From: an uncultured Flavobacteriales bacterium
GTDB lineage: Bacteria > Bacteroidota > Bacteroidia > Flavobacteriales_D > Sanyastnellaceae
NCBI GenBank assembly: GCA_965658045.1
Contig: CBFHQO010000024.1
Span: 15,134 to 79,133, forward strand
Reading direction: 5' to 3'
DNA: 64,000 nt
Shown here: positions 26,844 to 35,141 of the stretch, one piece after another
Layout: each line of letters begins with the position of its first letter
How positions within the stretch are numbered: the first letter of the stretch is position 1
Program-made: the position numbers and the translations under genes
The notes under the pieces: generated by a model
The model's database searches: none
Seen by the model: the letters and a program-made list of their open reading frames with translations, nothing else
What the model was told of the DNA's origin: nothing

Positions 26844-28133
26844 ATGGACCCTGACCCTTCGAGTTCGATCCTGATTCTGGTGCTGTCGCTGTTCGCATCG
26901 GCGTTTTTCTCTGGGATGGAAATGGCGTTTGTGGCTTCAAGCCGGCTCCAGACTGAACTCGACGCCACCCAAAGCTGGCGTGGCCGGGTGGTCGCCTTTC
27001 TGAATGCACGTCCCCAGCTCTTCATCGCCTCCATGCTGGTGGGCAACAACCTGGCCCTCGTGCTCTGTGGCATCGAATCGGGGTCCCTTGTGGGCGAGTG
27101 GGTGTTTGGCGTGTCGGATTGGCAAAGCGCCTCGCAACCCTTGCTCGTCCTGGCCACCCAGACCCTCGTGACCACCTCCGTGGTCCTCGTGTTGGCCGAG
27201 TTCATTCCGAAGTCTTTGTTTCACGCTTCGCCCAACGCTTGGCTGCGGAACTTGGCGTACCCGCTGCTCCTGATATTCATCGTGCTTGCCCTGCCGGCTT
27301 GGCTCATCACCAAGCTCAGCCAAGGCCTGCTCAAGCCCTTCGTCCGCGGGAAGGAGTCTCCGGAAGCCGAAACCCTCGGGGCCCAGGACTTGGACCACTT
27401 CTTGGAGACCCTCAGTGGCCGCATGGAGCCCGAGCAAGAGCTGGAACACGAATTGCAAATCCTGAAGAACGCCTTGGACCTGCCGAGCGTGCAAGCCCGA
27501 GACAGCATGGTGCCACGGAACGAGGTGCAAGGCGTGGAAATCGACACCACCGTGGAGGCCTTGACGGCGACGTTCGCAGGAACTGGGTTTTCCAAGCTCG
27601 TGGTGTTCAAAGGCGACATGGACCACATCGTGGGGTACGTCCATGCGAAAGACCTTTTTGACTTGCCTGAGTCTCTCAAAGAAATTCTGCTGCCGACGTT
27701 TGTCGTCCCTGAGGCCATGGCCGGCGACGAACTGTTGCGTCAATTTTTGAAACGCCGGAGACACCTGGCCGTCGTGGTGGATGAGTTCGGCGGAACGGCA
27801 GGCATCTTGACCATGGAGGACATTGTGGAAGAACTGCTCGGGGAAATCGACGACGAGCATGACTTGGTCGAAGACGATGTGGAACATGCCCTAGGTGACG
27901 GCGTTTGGCGCGTCCCGGCCCGTCGGGAAGTTCGGGCGCTCAACGAAACCCACGGGTGGGAATTGCCCGAGTCAAGCCATTACGACACCTTGGGTGGGTT
28001 GCTTCTCCACCACGCGGAAGACATCCCGGAATCAGGCAGCGTTGTGGAGGTGGAAGGGCTTGAATTTGTGGTTCGTGAAGTGGAAGAAAACCGCATTCTT
28101 TGGGTGGAGTTCAAGCCTGCCAAAGACGCCTGA
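26844..28133 (+). CDS. CNNM/hemolysin-type transporter (DUF21 + CBS pair + CorC_HlyC), GldE paralog
   Basis: Same domain order as gldE (FFSGMEMAF...CBS...RHLAVVVDEFGGTAGILTMEDIVEELLGEI...CorC). Confidence 0.9.
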   Translation: MDPDPSSSILILVLSLFASAFFSGMEMAFVASSRLQTELDATQSWRGRVVAFLNARPQLFIASMLVGNNLALVLCGIESGSLVGEWVFGVSDWQSASQPLLVLATQTLVTTSVVLVLAEFIPKSLFHASPNAWLRNLAYPLLLIFIVLALPAWLITKLSQGLLKPFVRGKESPEAETLGAQDLDHFLETLSGRMEPEQELEHELQILKNALDLPSVQARDSMVPRNEVQGVEIDTTVEALTATFAGTGFSKLVVFKGDMDHIVGYVHAKDLFDLPESLKEILLPTFVVPEAMAGDELLRQFLKRRRHLAVVVDEFGGTAGILTMEDIVEELLGEIDDEHDLVEDDVEHALGDGVWRVPARREVRALNETHGWELPESSHYDTLGGLLLHHAEDIPESGSVVEVEGLEFVVREVEENRILWVEFKPAKDA

Positions 28134-28200
28134 ACCAACGTGGTTTCCAGTAAACTGGGAAACGTTATCTTCGCAATCCTTACAACTAGACTTTGAGACG

Positions 28201-30264
28201 ATGGCAATGATTGAACAAATCCGCAACAGGCAAGGCTTGTTGCTCGGCATGATTGGCGTGGGCATGCTCGGCTTCTTGATCCCTTACGACGCGGTGCTCG
28301 CATTGATGGGACAGGGGAACGCGCGTGACGTGGGAAGTGTGGGCGGCGAAAGCATTTCTGCCTTGGATTACCGCATGGAGCTCGACGAACGTCGTCGCCT
28401 CGGATTTTCCGGGGAGCAACTCCAGGACGAAGTGTGGGGCGACATCACGTCCAACATCGTGTTGGAAGACACCTACAACGAACTCGGCATTGAAGTGACC
28501 GACGCTGAATTCCAAGAAATGCTGTTTGGCAACCTCGACTCACCTTACATGAGCCGCGCGTTCTACAGCAATGGGGAGAACAAGGCCATGTGGCAGCAAA
28601 ACTTTGGCGCCATGTTGACCACCGACCAAGGCAAAGTCAACCTCTTGAGCTACAAGAAACTCATCTTGGCCAAGCGCAAGAAAGAAAAGTTGGACGCCTT
28701 GATGGCCGACGCGGTGTACACCAACTCCATCGAAGGCAAGTACGAGCACATCAACGCCGAGCGCACCGCTGAAATTCAGTATGTCGCGAAGTTGTACAAG
28801 AACATCCCCGACGGAGAGGTGAGCGTGAGCGACCGCGAAGTGAAGGCCTACTACAACGCACACAAGGGCGATCCGCAGTATCAGCAAACCGAGGGCCGCA
28901 ACATCAGCTACGTGAAGATCCCTGTGGGGGCCAGCGAGTCGGACATCAAAGCGATGGAAATTGACTTGGAAGATGTGGCTGACGAGTGGAAAGGTGCAGA
29001 GGACGCAGAGGCGTTCGCCAAGGCAGCCAACGATGGGAAGGAAGACATCCGAAACTTGCGCCTCGCCCAAGTTGAACTCGACGTCAACGAAAGCAAGTTC
29101 TTCGATGAGCCCGTCGGAACAGTCGTCGGCCCGTACACCAAGAACGGCGTGATGTCCGTGGCCCAGGTGCTCGAGCGCACCATGGTCCCTGACGAAGCTG
29201 CCAAGTGCCGTCACATTTTGTTGACTGCGAAAGACGCCAAGGACGAAGCTGAAATGGCTGAGCTCGGACAGCGTGCAGACAGCCTGAAGCGCGTGCTCCG
29301 CAACGGCGGAGACTTCGACGACTTGGTTCAGCGCTTCAGCGGAGACCCTGGGTCGAAGAGCACCGGTGGTGTCTACGACTTCTTCCCCCGGGGCCGCATG
29401 GTGAAGCCATTTGAAGACTTCTGCTTCGACAAGCCCGTGGGCGCCATTGGCTGGGTGGAAACCACCTACGGGGTGCACCTCATCGAAGTGCTCGACCGCC
29501 GGAGCGAAGTGGAAGAAGCGCGTGTCGCCTACATCACCCGCAAGGTCGGCGCCTCTGCCACCACAGCGCGTGATGCCTACGCCCAAGCGAGCGAATTCGC
29601 CATCAACGCCACCGACAAGGAAAGCTTGATGGCCGCGGCCGCTGAGGCAGGCTACTCCACTGGGGAAGCCAACAGCATTGCCCCAGCCGCGCGCAGCATC
29701 GCTGGTGTCCGTGACGCCGCCGAGATCGTCGGTTGGACCTTCCGCAGCGCGGAAGGAGAGATCTCCAACCCCATTTTGACTTCAGACTTCTACATCGTGG
29801 CCCACTTGGACCAAATCACCGAAGCGGGAGAACCCACTTTGGAAGCCGTGGAAGAAGAAATGCGGACCGGAGCCATGAACCAGGCCAAGGGCGAACTGTA
29901 CGCCGAAAAGATGGTGGGTGCCAACTTGGACGAAGTGGCTGCTGCGGTGGGTGAGACTGTGAAAACCGGACGCAACCTCAGCGTGAAGTTCCCAACTGTC
30001 CGCGGAAGCGGCGCTGGGGCAGAGCCCAAGGTGGCAGGCGCGGCCTTGTCCATCCCCATTGGCAACATGTCCAACGCCATCGTTGGCGAAGAAGGTGTGT
30101 GGGTCATCGCTCCGCAAAAGGTCACTGAGGCCAGCAGCAAAGACAGCTACCTCGAAGAGCAAAGCACCATCGCCACACGTGCCCGTGCCAACTTCCCGTT
30201 CACAGTGTTGAGCGCCATGCAGAAGAAGGCGGACATCGACGACAACCGTCGTTCTGCGAACTGA
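28201..30264 (+). CDS. PpiD/SurA-like periplasmic peptidyl-prolyl isomerase (parvulin domain)
   Basis: ATG 28201 MAMIEQIRNRQGLLLGMIGVGMLGFLI anchor, a SurA_N-like chaperone region, and a parvulin domain (CRHILL...GDPGSKSTGGVYDFFPRGRMVKPFEDFCF...YGVHLIEV). Confidence 0.85.
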   Translation: MAMIEQIRNRQGLLLGMIGVGMLGFLIPYDAVLALMGQGNARDVGSVGGESISALDYRMELDERRRLGFSGEQLQDEVWGDITSNIVLEDTYNELGIEVTDAEFQEMLFGNLDSPYMSRAFYSNGENKAMWQQNFGAMLTTDQGKVNLLSYKKLILAKRKKEKLDALMADAVYTNSIEGKYEHINAERTAEIQYVAKLYKNIPDGEVSVSDREVKAYYNAHKGDPQYQQTEGRNISYVKIPVGASESDIKAMEIDLEDVADEWKGAEDAEAFAKAANDGKEDIRNLRLAQVELDVNESKFFDEPVGTVVGPYTKNGVMSVAQVLERTMVPDEAAKCRHILLTAKDAKDEAEMAELGQRADSLKRVLRNGGDFDDLVQRFSGDPGSKSTGGVYDFFPRGRMVKPFEDFCFDKPVGAIGWVETTYGVHLIEVLDRRSEVEEARVAYITRKVGASATTARDAYAQASEFAINATDKESLMAAAAEAGYSTGEANSIAPAARSIAGVRDAAEIVGWTFRSAEGEISNPILTSDFYIVAHLDQITEAGEPTLEAVEEEMRTGAMNQAKGELYAEKMVGANLDEVAAAVGETVKTGRNLSVKFPTVRGSGAGAEPKVAGAALSIPIGNMSNAIVGEEGVWVIAPQKVTEASSKDSYLEEQSTIATRARANFPFTVLSAMQKKADIDDNRRSAN

Positions 30265-30297
30265 GTCCAGAACAACCACGGACCCCGTCCGATGTGA

Positions 30298-30327
30298 AGC
30301 AAGCCCTGCCTTTTGGTGGGGCTTGTT
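30298..30327. terminator. hairpin between convergent ppiD-like gene and queA (candidate bidirectional terminator)
   Basis: 9-bp stem agcaagccc (30298..30306) / gggcttgtt (30319..30327, one G-U) with a 12-nt loop. No clean U-run on either side. Confidence 0.35.
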
Positions 30328-30344
30328 CGTGTTGAGCCTTGTGG

Positions 30345-31547
30345 TCAGCTGCGCAAGAGCAAACTCCCGTCCCCGTAGCTCAGGAAGCGGTACCCTTTGG
30401 CAAGTGCGTCGGCGTACATGTCTTTCCAGTCGCTTCCGCCCACAAACGCGGCCACCAAGCAAAGCAAGGTGCTGCCCGGCTGGTGGAAATTGGTGATGAG
30501 TCCGTGCACCATGCGCACCTTGTAGCCTGGCACGATCATCAGTTGGGTTTCAAAGCTCAGCTGCCCCCCACGCCAAGGACCTTGCGCCAAGAGGTGGTCC
30601 AACGCGTCCCGATCCGTCCAACGCCATTCGGCGCAAGCCACACCGAGCTCGCCGTAGGGTGCGCGTTGGGGGACCCTGTCCAGCCACTCGCCATGCAGGC
30701 GATGGTGGGCGGCAAGCCAAAACAAACTCTCCAACGTGCGGAGGCTCGTCGTCCCGGTGGCCACGCGTCTGGATTGGTGGGCCATCGCTTCCAGGCTTGA
30801 CCTGCCCACCACACACCGCTCGGCGTGCATGACATGGTCTTCCACGGCGCCTTCTGTCAGAGGTTTGAACGTGCCCGCCCCGACGTGGAGCGTCAAGCGG
30901 TCCAAGGGCAAACCCACCGCCTCCAATTCAGCCAACAACGAGTCGTCAAAATGAAGGCCGGCCGTGGGCGCAGCCACGCTTCCAGGGGCCATGGCGAACA
31001 CGGTTTGGTAATCTTCCTTGTCGCCTTCGACGGCCGCCCTGCGCATGTACGGAGGGAGTGGCGTCTTGCCAAGGTCTTCAAGCACCTCCGCAAACGTGGC
31101 GTCCGAATCCCATTCCAACCGCACCGTCCAAGTTCCATCCTCTCCACGCGTTTCACGCTCGACGGTCATGTGGGTCGCAGTGCCGGTCACAGAAGCGTGG
31201 CCGTCCGTCCAGCGTTTGGCGTTCCGGACCATCGCTTTCCAGCGGCAAGGTTGTGAGCTCGCGAGCACCGACTCCATGGGCGCCGACTCTGGAGACAACA
31301 GGAACACCTCCAGCCCTCCTCCCGTGGTTTTGGTGGCCAAAATCCTGGCGTGCAACACCTTGGTGTCGTTGGCCCACAGGCCGTCCACCCCTTCACGCTG
31401 AAGCAGGTCGGGCAGGGCCTCGAACGTGTGGTGCGACACCTCACCCTCGCTGGTGCGAACGAGCATCTTGGCCGCCCTTCGCGGGTGCACCGGCTCCGTG
31501 GCGATGGCCTCCTCTGGCAACGGATATTGAAACTCCTCTGAATTCAC
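30345..31547 (-). CDS. queA: S-adenosylmethionine:tRNA ribosyltransferase-isomerase
   Basis: The C-terminal 400 codons of track ORF 30345..34220: EFQYPLPEEAIA, LPPYM, VAAPTAGLHF, LHVGAGTFKP, GTTSLRTLES, FHQPGSTLL. There is no in-frame ATG nearby, so I infer a GTG start at 31547 (or 31550). Confidence 0.9.
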   Translation of the reverse strand: MNSEEFQYPLPEEAIATEPVHPRRAAKMLVRTSEGEVSHHTFEALPDLLQREGVDGLWANDTKVLHARILATKTTGGGLEVFLLSPESAPMESVLASSQPCRWKAMVRNAKRWTDGHASVTGTATHMTVERETRGEDGTWTVRLEWDSDATFAEVLEDLGKTPLPPYMRRAAVEGDKEDYQTVFAMAPGSVAAPTAGLHFDDSLLAELEAVGLPLDRLTLHVGAGTFKPLTEGAVEDHVMHAERCVVGRSSLEAMAHQSRRVATGTTSLRTLESLFWLAAHHRLHGEWLDRVPQRAPYGELGVACAEWRWTDRDALDHLLAQGPWRGGQLSFETQLMIVPGYKVRMVHGLITNFHQPGSTLLCLVAAFVGGSDWKDMYADALAKGYRFLSYGDGSLLLRS

Positions 31548-31580
31548 CACCCAAAGGTACCCTCGGTGTATTTTCGTTGC

Positions 31581-32531
31581 ATGAGCAATTATCTCATTGT
31601 GGGTGCAGCAGGGCAACTTGGCATCGAATTGATGCTGGCCCTGCAACAAAAACATGGCCCAGAACGGGTGGTGTTGGCCGACATCCGGCCGGTGGACCAC
31701 CCCGACGCCGCGCTGAGCACATTCGTGCAATGCGACGCCACCGACAAAGCGGCCATGGCCGAGCTGGTGGATCAAGCCCAACCCGCCGAGATGTACATGC
31801 TGGTCGCCATGCTCTCCGCCAAGGGCGAAGCTGCCCCCCTTCAAGCGTGGGGGCTGAACATGGACCCGTTGCTGCATGCGTTGGAATTGGCCAAAGACGG
31901 CCGCGTGGCCAAGGTGTTCTGGCCGAGCTCGATTGCGGTGTTTGGGCCTGACGCCCCCAAGGACGCCACCCCGCAAGACACGGGACTCCGCCCCACCACC
32001 GTGTACGGGGTGTCGAAGGTGTCTGGGGAATTGTGGTGCCAATACTACCATCAGAAATACGGCGTGGACGTGCGCAGCTTGCGCTATCCGGGGTTGATTG
32101 GCTTCCGTTCCCAGCCCGGCGGCGGCACCACCGATTACGCCGTGGAAGCGTTCCACGCCGCAGTCGAAGGGCGTCCCCTGCATTCCTACCTCGAGTCCAG
32201 CGAGACTTTGCCGATGATGACCATGGAGGATGCTGTGCGCGCCACCTTGGAATTGATGGCCGCCGACGGCGATGCATTGAGCGTCAGGACGTCGTACAAC
32301 CTTCAGGGGTGCAGCTTCTCCCCGGCCGAACTCGTGGCTGAGTTGCATGCGCAGGGCGTGGCTTTGGACGTGCTCTATGCCCCGGACACCCGACAAGACA
32401 TCGCGGCTTCTTGGCCCAACAGCCTGGACGACACGGCGGCACGAAGCGATTGGGGATGGCAGGCGGCCCACGACACCTCCGGGCTGGTGCGCTCCATCTT
32501 GGAGGGACTTTCCCAACCTGCCGTTGGTTGA
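31581..32531 (+). CDS. NAD-dependent epimerase/dehydratase family protein (L-threonine 3-dehydrogenase-like SDR)
   Basis: Rossmann motif VGAAGQLG and catalytic YGVSK. The overall layout matches extended SDRs of the UDP-glucose-4-epimerase-like TDH group. Confidence 0.82.
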   Translation: MSNYLIVGAAGQLGIELMLALQQKHGPERVVLADIRPVDHPDAALSTFVQCDATDKAAMAELVDQAQPAEMYMLVAMLSAKGEAAPLQAWGLNMDPLLHALELAKDGRVAKVFWPSSIAVFGPDAPKDATPQDTGLRPTTVYGVSKVSGELWCQYYHQKYGVDVRSLRYPGLIGFRSQPGGGTTDYAVEAFHAAVEGRPLHSYLESSETLPMMTMEDAVRATLELMAADGDALSVRTSYNLQGCSFSPAELVAELHAQGVALDVLYAPDTRQDIAASWPNSLDDTAARSDWGWQAAHDTSGLVRSILEGLSQPAVG

Positions 32532-32603
32532 AAGGCCTGACTGCCCGGTGAATGACGTGCAGGGTTTGGTCTTTTCTTTGCATTTGAACACGAACCCCAC
32601 GAC

Positions 32604-34085
32604 ATGGACGCCCTGCACATCGCCAACAGCCTGACACGGCAAAAAGAACGCTTTGAGCCAATCAACCCGCCCTTCGTGGGCATGTACGTGTGCGGTCCGA
32701 CAGTCTACAGCAACGTGCACTTGGGCAACGTGCGCACCTTCTTGACGTTCGACATTGTTTACCGGTACTTGCAGCATTTGGGCTTCAAAGTCCGCTACGT
32801 CCGAAACATCACGGACGTCGGACACCTGACTGGGGACACCGACGACGGGGAAGACAAGATTGGCAAGAAGGCGCGGCTGGAGAACCTCGAGCCCATGGAA
32901 GTGGTGCAGCAATACACCAACGACTTCCACGACGTGATGAACGTCTTCAACATCCTGCGCCCCTCCATCGAGCCCACCGCCACGGGCCACATCGTAGAGC
33001 AAATCGAAGCGATCAAACAAATCGTCGACAACGGTTACGCCTACGAGGTGAACGGCAGCGTGTACTTCAGCGTTCGCACCTTCAGCGAAGACCATCCCTA
33101 CGGCGAATTGTCTGGCAGGAAGATTGACGAACTCCTCAACTCCACCCGGGAACTGGACGGCCAAAGCGAAAAGCGCGACCCTCTGGACTTCGCGTTGTGG
33201 AAGGCCGCCGACGCCAGCCACCTCATGCAATGGCCTTCGCCTTGGGGCATGGGCTTCCCAGGTTGGCACCTCGAGTGCTCGGTGATGAGCACCAAATACC
33301 TCGGCGAGACCTTCGACATCCACGGCGGCGGCATGGACCTGAAGTTCCCCCACCACGAGTGCGAAATCGCCCAAAACGTGGCGTGCAACGGCGAAAGCCA
33401 GCCTGTGAAATACTGGATGCACGGCAACATGCTGACAGTCAACGGCCGGAAAATGGCGAAGTCCGAAGGCAACGGCTTCACCCCCGAAGAACTCATCACA
33501 GGCAACCACAAATTGCTGGAACAGGGCTACAGCCCCATGACGGTGCGCTTCTTCATGTTGATGGGACACTACGCCAGCACATTGGACTTCAGCAACGAAG
33601 CGCTTCAAGCGGCAGAGAAGGGACTGGCCAAGCTGGAAAAAGCGGTGGAGACCCTGGCCAAGCTCGAGCCTTCCACAGGCGACGCCACCTACGACGTGGA
33701 GGCATTCGCCGCCAAGTGCAGCGCCGCCATGAACGACGACTTCAACACCCCCATCCTCATCGCCACCCTGTTCGACGGCGTGAAAGCCGTGAACGGCGCG
33801 GCTGCAGGCCGTGTGTCGCTCTCGGCCGAGGACATCGCGTCGCTTCAGGGCACCTTTCAGGCCTTCCTGCGAGACGTGCTGGGGTTGACCTCCGAAGCCA
33901 GCCAAACCCAATCGGAGGGTGGCGGCGAAGAAGCGGGTGCGTTGTTGGATTTGTTGGTGGACATGCGCACCGACGCCAAAACGAACAAGGACTGGGGAAC
34001 GGCGGACAAAATCCGCGACGTCCTCGCCGCGCAGGGCATCACGATCCAGGACGGCAAAGACGGAAGCAGCTGGAGCCGTGGGTAA
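32604..34085 (+). CDS. cysS: cysteine--tRNA ligase
   Basis: MYVCGPTVYSNVHLGN (HIGH-type), WPSPWGMGFPGWHLECS, and KMAKS (KMSKS-type). Confidence 0.97.
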   Translation: MDALHIANSLTRQKERFEPINPPFVGMYVCGPTVYSNVHLGNVRTFLTFDIVYRYLQHLGFKVRYVRNITDVGHLTGDTDDGEDKIGKKARLENLEPMEVVQQYTNDFHDVMNVFNILRPSIEPTATGHIVEQIEAIKQIVDNGYAYEVNGSVYFSVRTFSEDHPYGELSGRKIDELLNSTRELDGQSEKRDPLDFALWKAADASHLMQWPSPWGMGFPGWHLECSVMSTKYLGETFDIHGGGMDLKFPHHECEIAQNVACNGESQPVKYWMHGNMLTVNGRKMAKSEGNGFTPEELITGNHKLLEQGYSPMTVRFFMLMGHYASTLDFSNEALQAAEKGLAKLEKAVETLAKLEPSTGDATYDVEAFAAKCSAAMNDDFNTPILIATLFDGVKAVNGAAAGRVSLSAEDIASLQGTFQAFLRDVLGLTSEASQTQSEGGGEEAGALLDLLVDMRTDAKTNKDWGTADKIRDVLAAQGITIQDGKDGSSWSRG

Positions 34086-35085
34086 GTTGACCTTCGCGAC
34101 GCCTTGGTTGGCGGGGTTGGCAGTGCTGGCCTTCGCCACATGCGGCACCGATGCTGGGTCGGGCGCAACCCCAGCCCCGAAGAGCCCTTCAGTGGACGAC
34201 ATTGTCGCCCCTGCATTCAACGAAGACTCGGCGTACGCCTACGTGGCGACGCAGGTGGCCTTTGGACCCCGGGTACCCAACACCGAGACGCACGACGCAT
34301 GCGCCGAATGGTTGGCCAGCGAGTTGGCCCGCCACGGAGCCCAGGTCACGGTGCAAGAAGGCCGGGCCCGGGCGTTTGACGGCACCATCCTGAACATGAA
34401 AAACATCGTGGGATCGTTCCATCCGGAGTCCCGCGACCGGGTGTTGCTCTTTGCCCATTGGGACACGCGTCCGTTTGCCGACAAAGACAGCCTGCGTCAA
34501 CGGGAACCCATCGACGGGGCCAACGACGGCGGATCTGGCGTCGGCGTGCTGTTGGAAATCGCGAGGCAACTTGGCCAAATCCCCGCCGACATCGGGGTGG
34601 ACATCGCCTTCTTTGACGCGGAGGACTACGGCCGTCCTGAATGGTTGCCCTCCACCCAAAATGGGTACAAGGATTGGTGCTTGGGCAGCCAATTTTGGGC
34701 TGCCAACCCACACCGTCCAGGGTACCGCGCCCGGTTCGGCATCCTCCTTGACATGGTCGGGGCCCGCGACGCGGTGTTCCACCAAGAAGGCACGAGCCTG
34801 AGGCTGGCGCCACACGTCGTGCGAAAAGTGTGGAAACGGGCTTCGGACTTGGGGTTTGGAAGCCGTTTTTCATCGCGCAGCACCCCGCAGACCATCGACG
34901 ACAACCTGTTCGTGTCTGAACTCGCAGGCATCCCCAGCGCCAACATCGTCGATTACCGGATGAACGTCCGTCCCATGGGCTACGGGCCTTTCCACCACAC
35001 CCACGCGGACAACATGGACATCATCGACCGCCAAACCCTCGACGAGGTGGGCACCACTGTGCTTTCCGTGGTCTACAATCCGTGA
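34078..35085 (+). CDS. M28-family zinc peptidase / glutaminyl-peptide cyclotransferase-like lipoprotein
   Basis: Lipobox LAFATC. HWDTRPFAD, GANDGGSGVGVLLEIAR, FFDAEDYG and HHTHADN match the M28/glutaminyl-cyclase fold. The start is GTG 34078 (overlaps the cysS end) or TTG 34087. Confidence 0.82.
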   Translation: MGKLTFATPWLAGLAVLAFATCGTDAGSGATPAPKSPSVDDIVAPAFNEDSAYAYVATQVAFGPRVPNTETHDACAEWLASELARHGAQVTVQEGRARAFDGTILNMKNIVGSFHPESRDRVLLFAHWDTRPFADKDSLRQREPIDGANDGGSGVGVLLEIARQLGQIPADIGVDIAFFDAEDYGRPEWLPSTQNGYKDWCLGSQFWAANPHRPGYRARFGILLDMVGARDAVFHQEGTSLRLAPHVVRKVWKRASDLGFGSRFSSRSTPQTIDDNLFVSELAGIPSANIVDYRMNVRPMGYGPFHHTHADNMDIIDRQTLDEVGTTVLSVVYNP

Positions 35086-35141
35086 TCAAATGATTCACGG
35101 CATGCTGTCAGAAACCGTCTGACGGCCCCTCCCTCAGCCTG

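Noticed and set aside
28143-28163. Imperfect inverted repeat GTTTCCAGTAAACTGGGAAAC between the CNNM gene and the ppiD-like gene
   Set aside because: The stem needs a bulge and leaves a very small loop. There is no U-run and no second copy elsewhere in the window, so there is not enough evidence for an operator or terminator call.
31548-34220. Upstream 890 codons of the 1291-codon minus ORF 30345..34220
   Set aside because: Only the last 400 codons are QueA. The rest is antisense to the clearly real SDR gene and cysS, and its translation is Val/His/Gly/Ala-rich low-information sequence typical of shadow frames.
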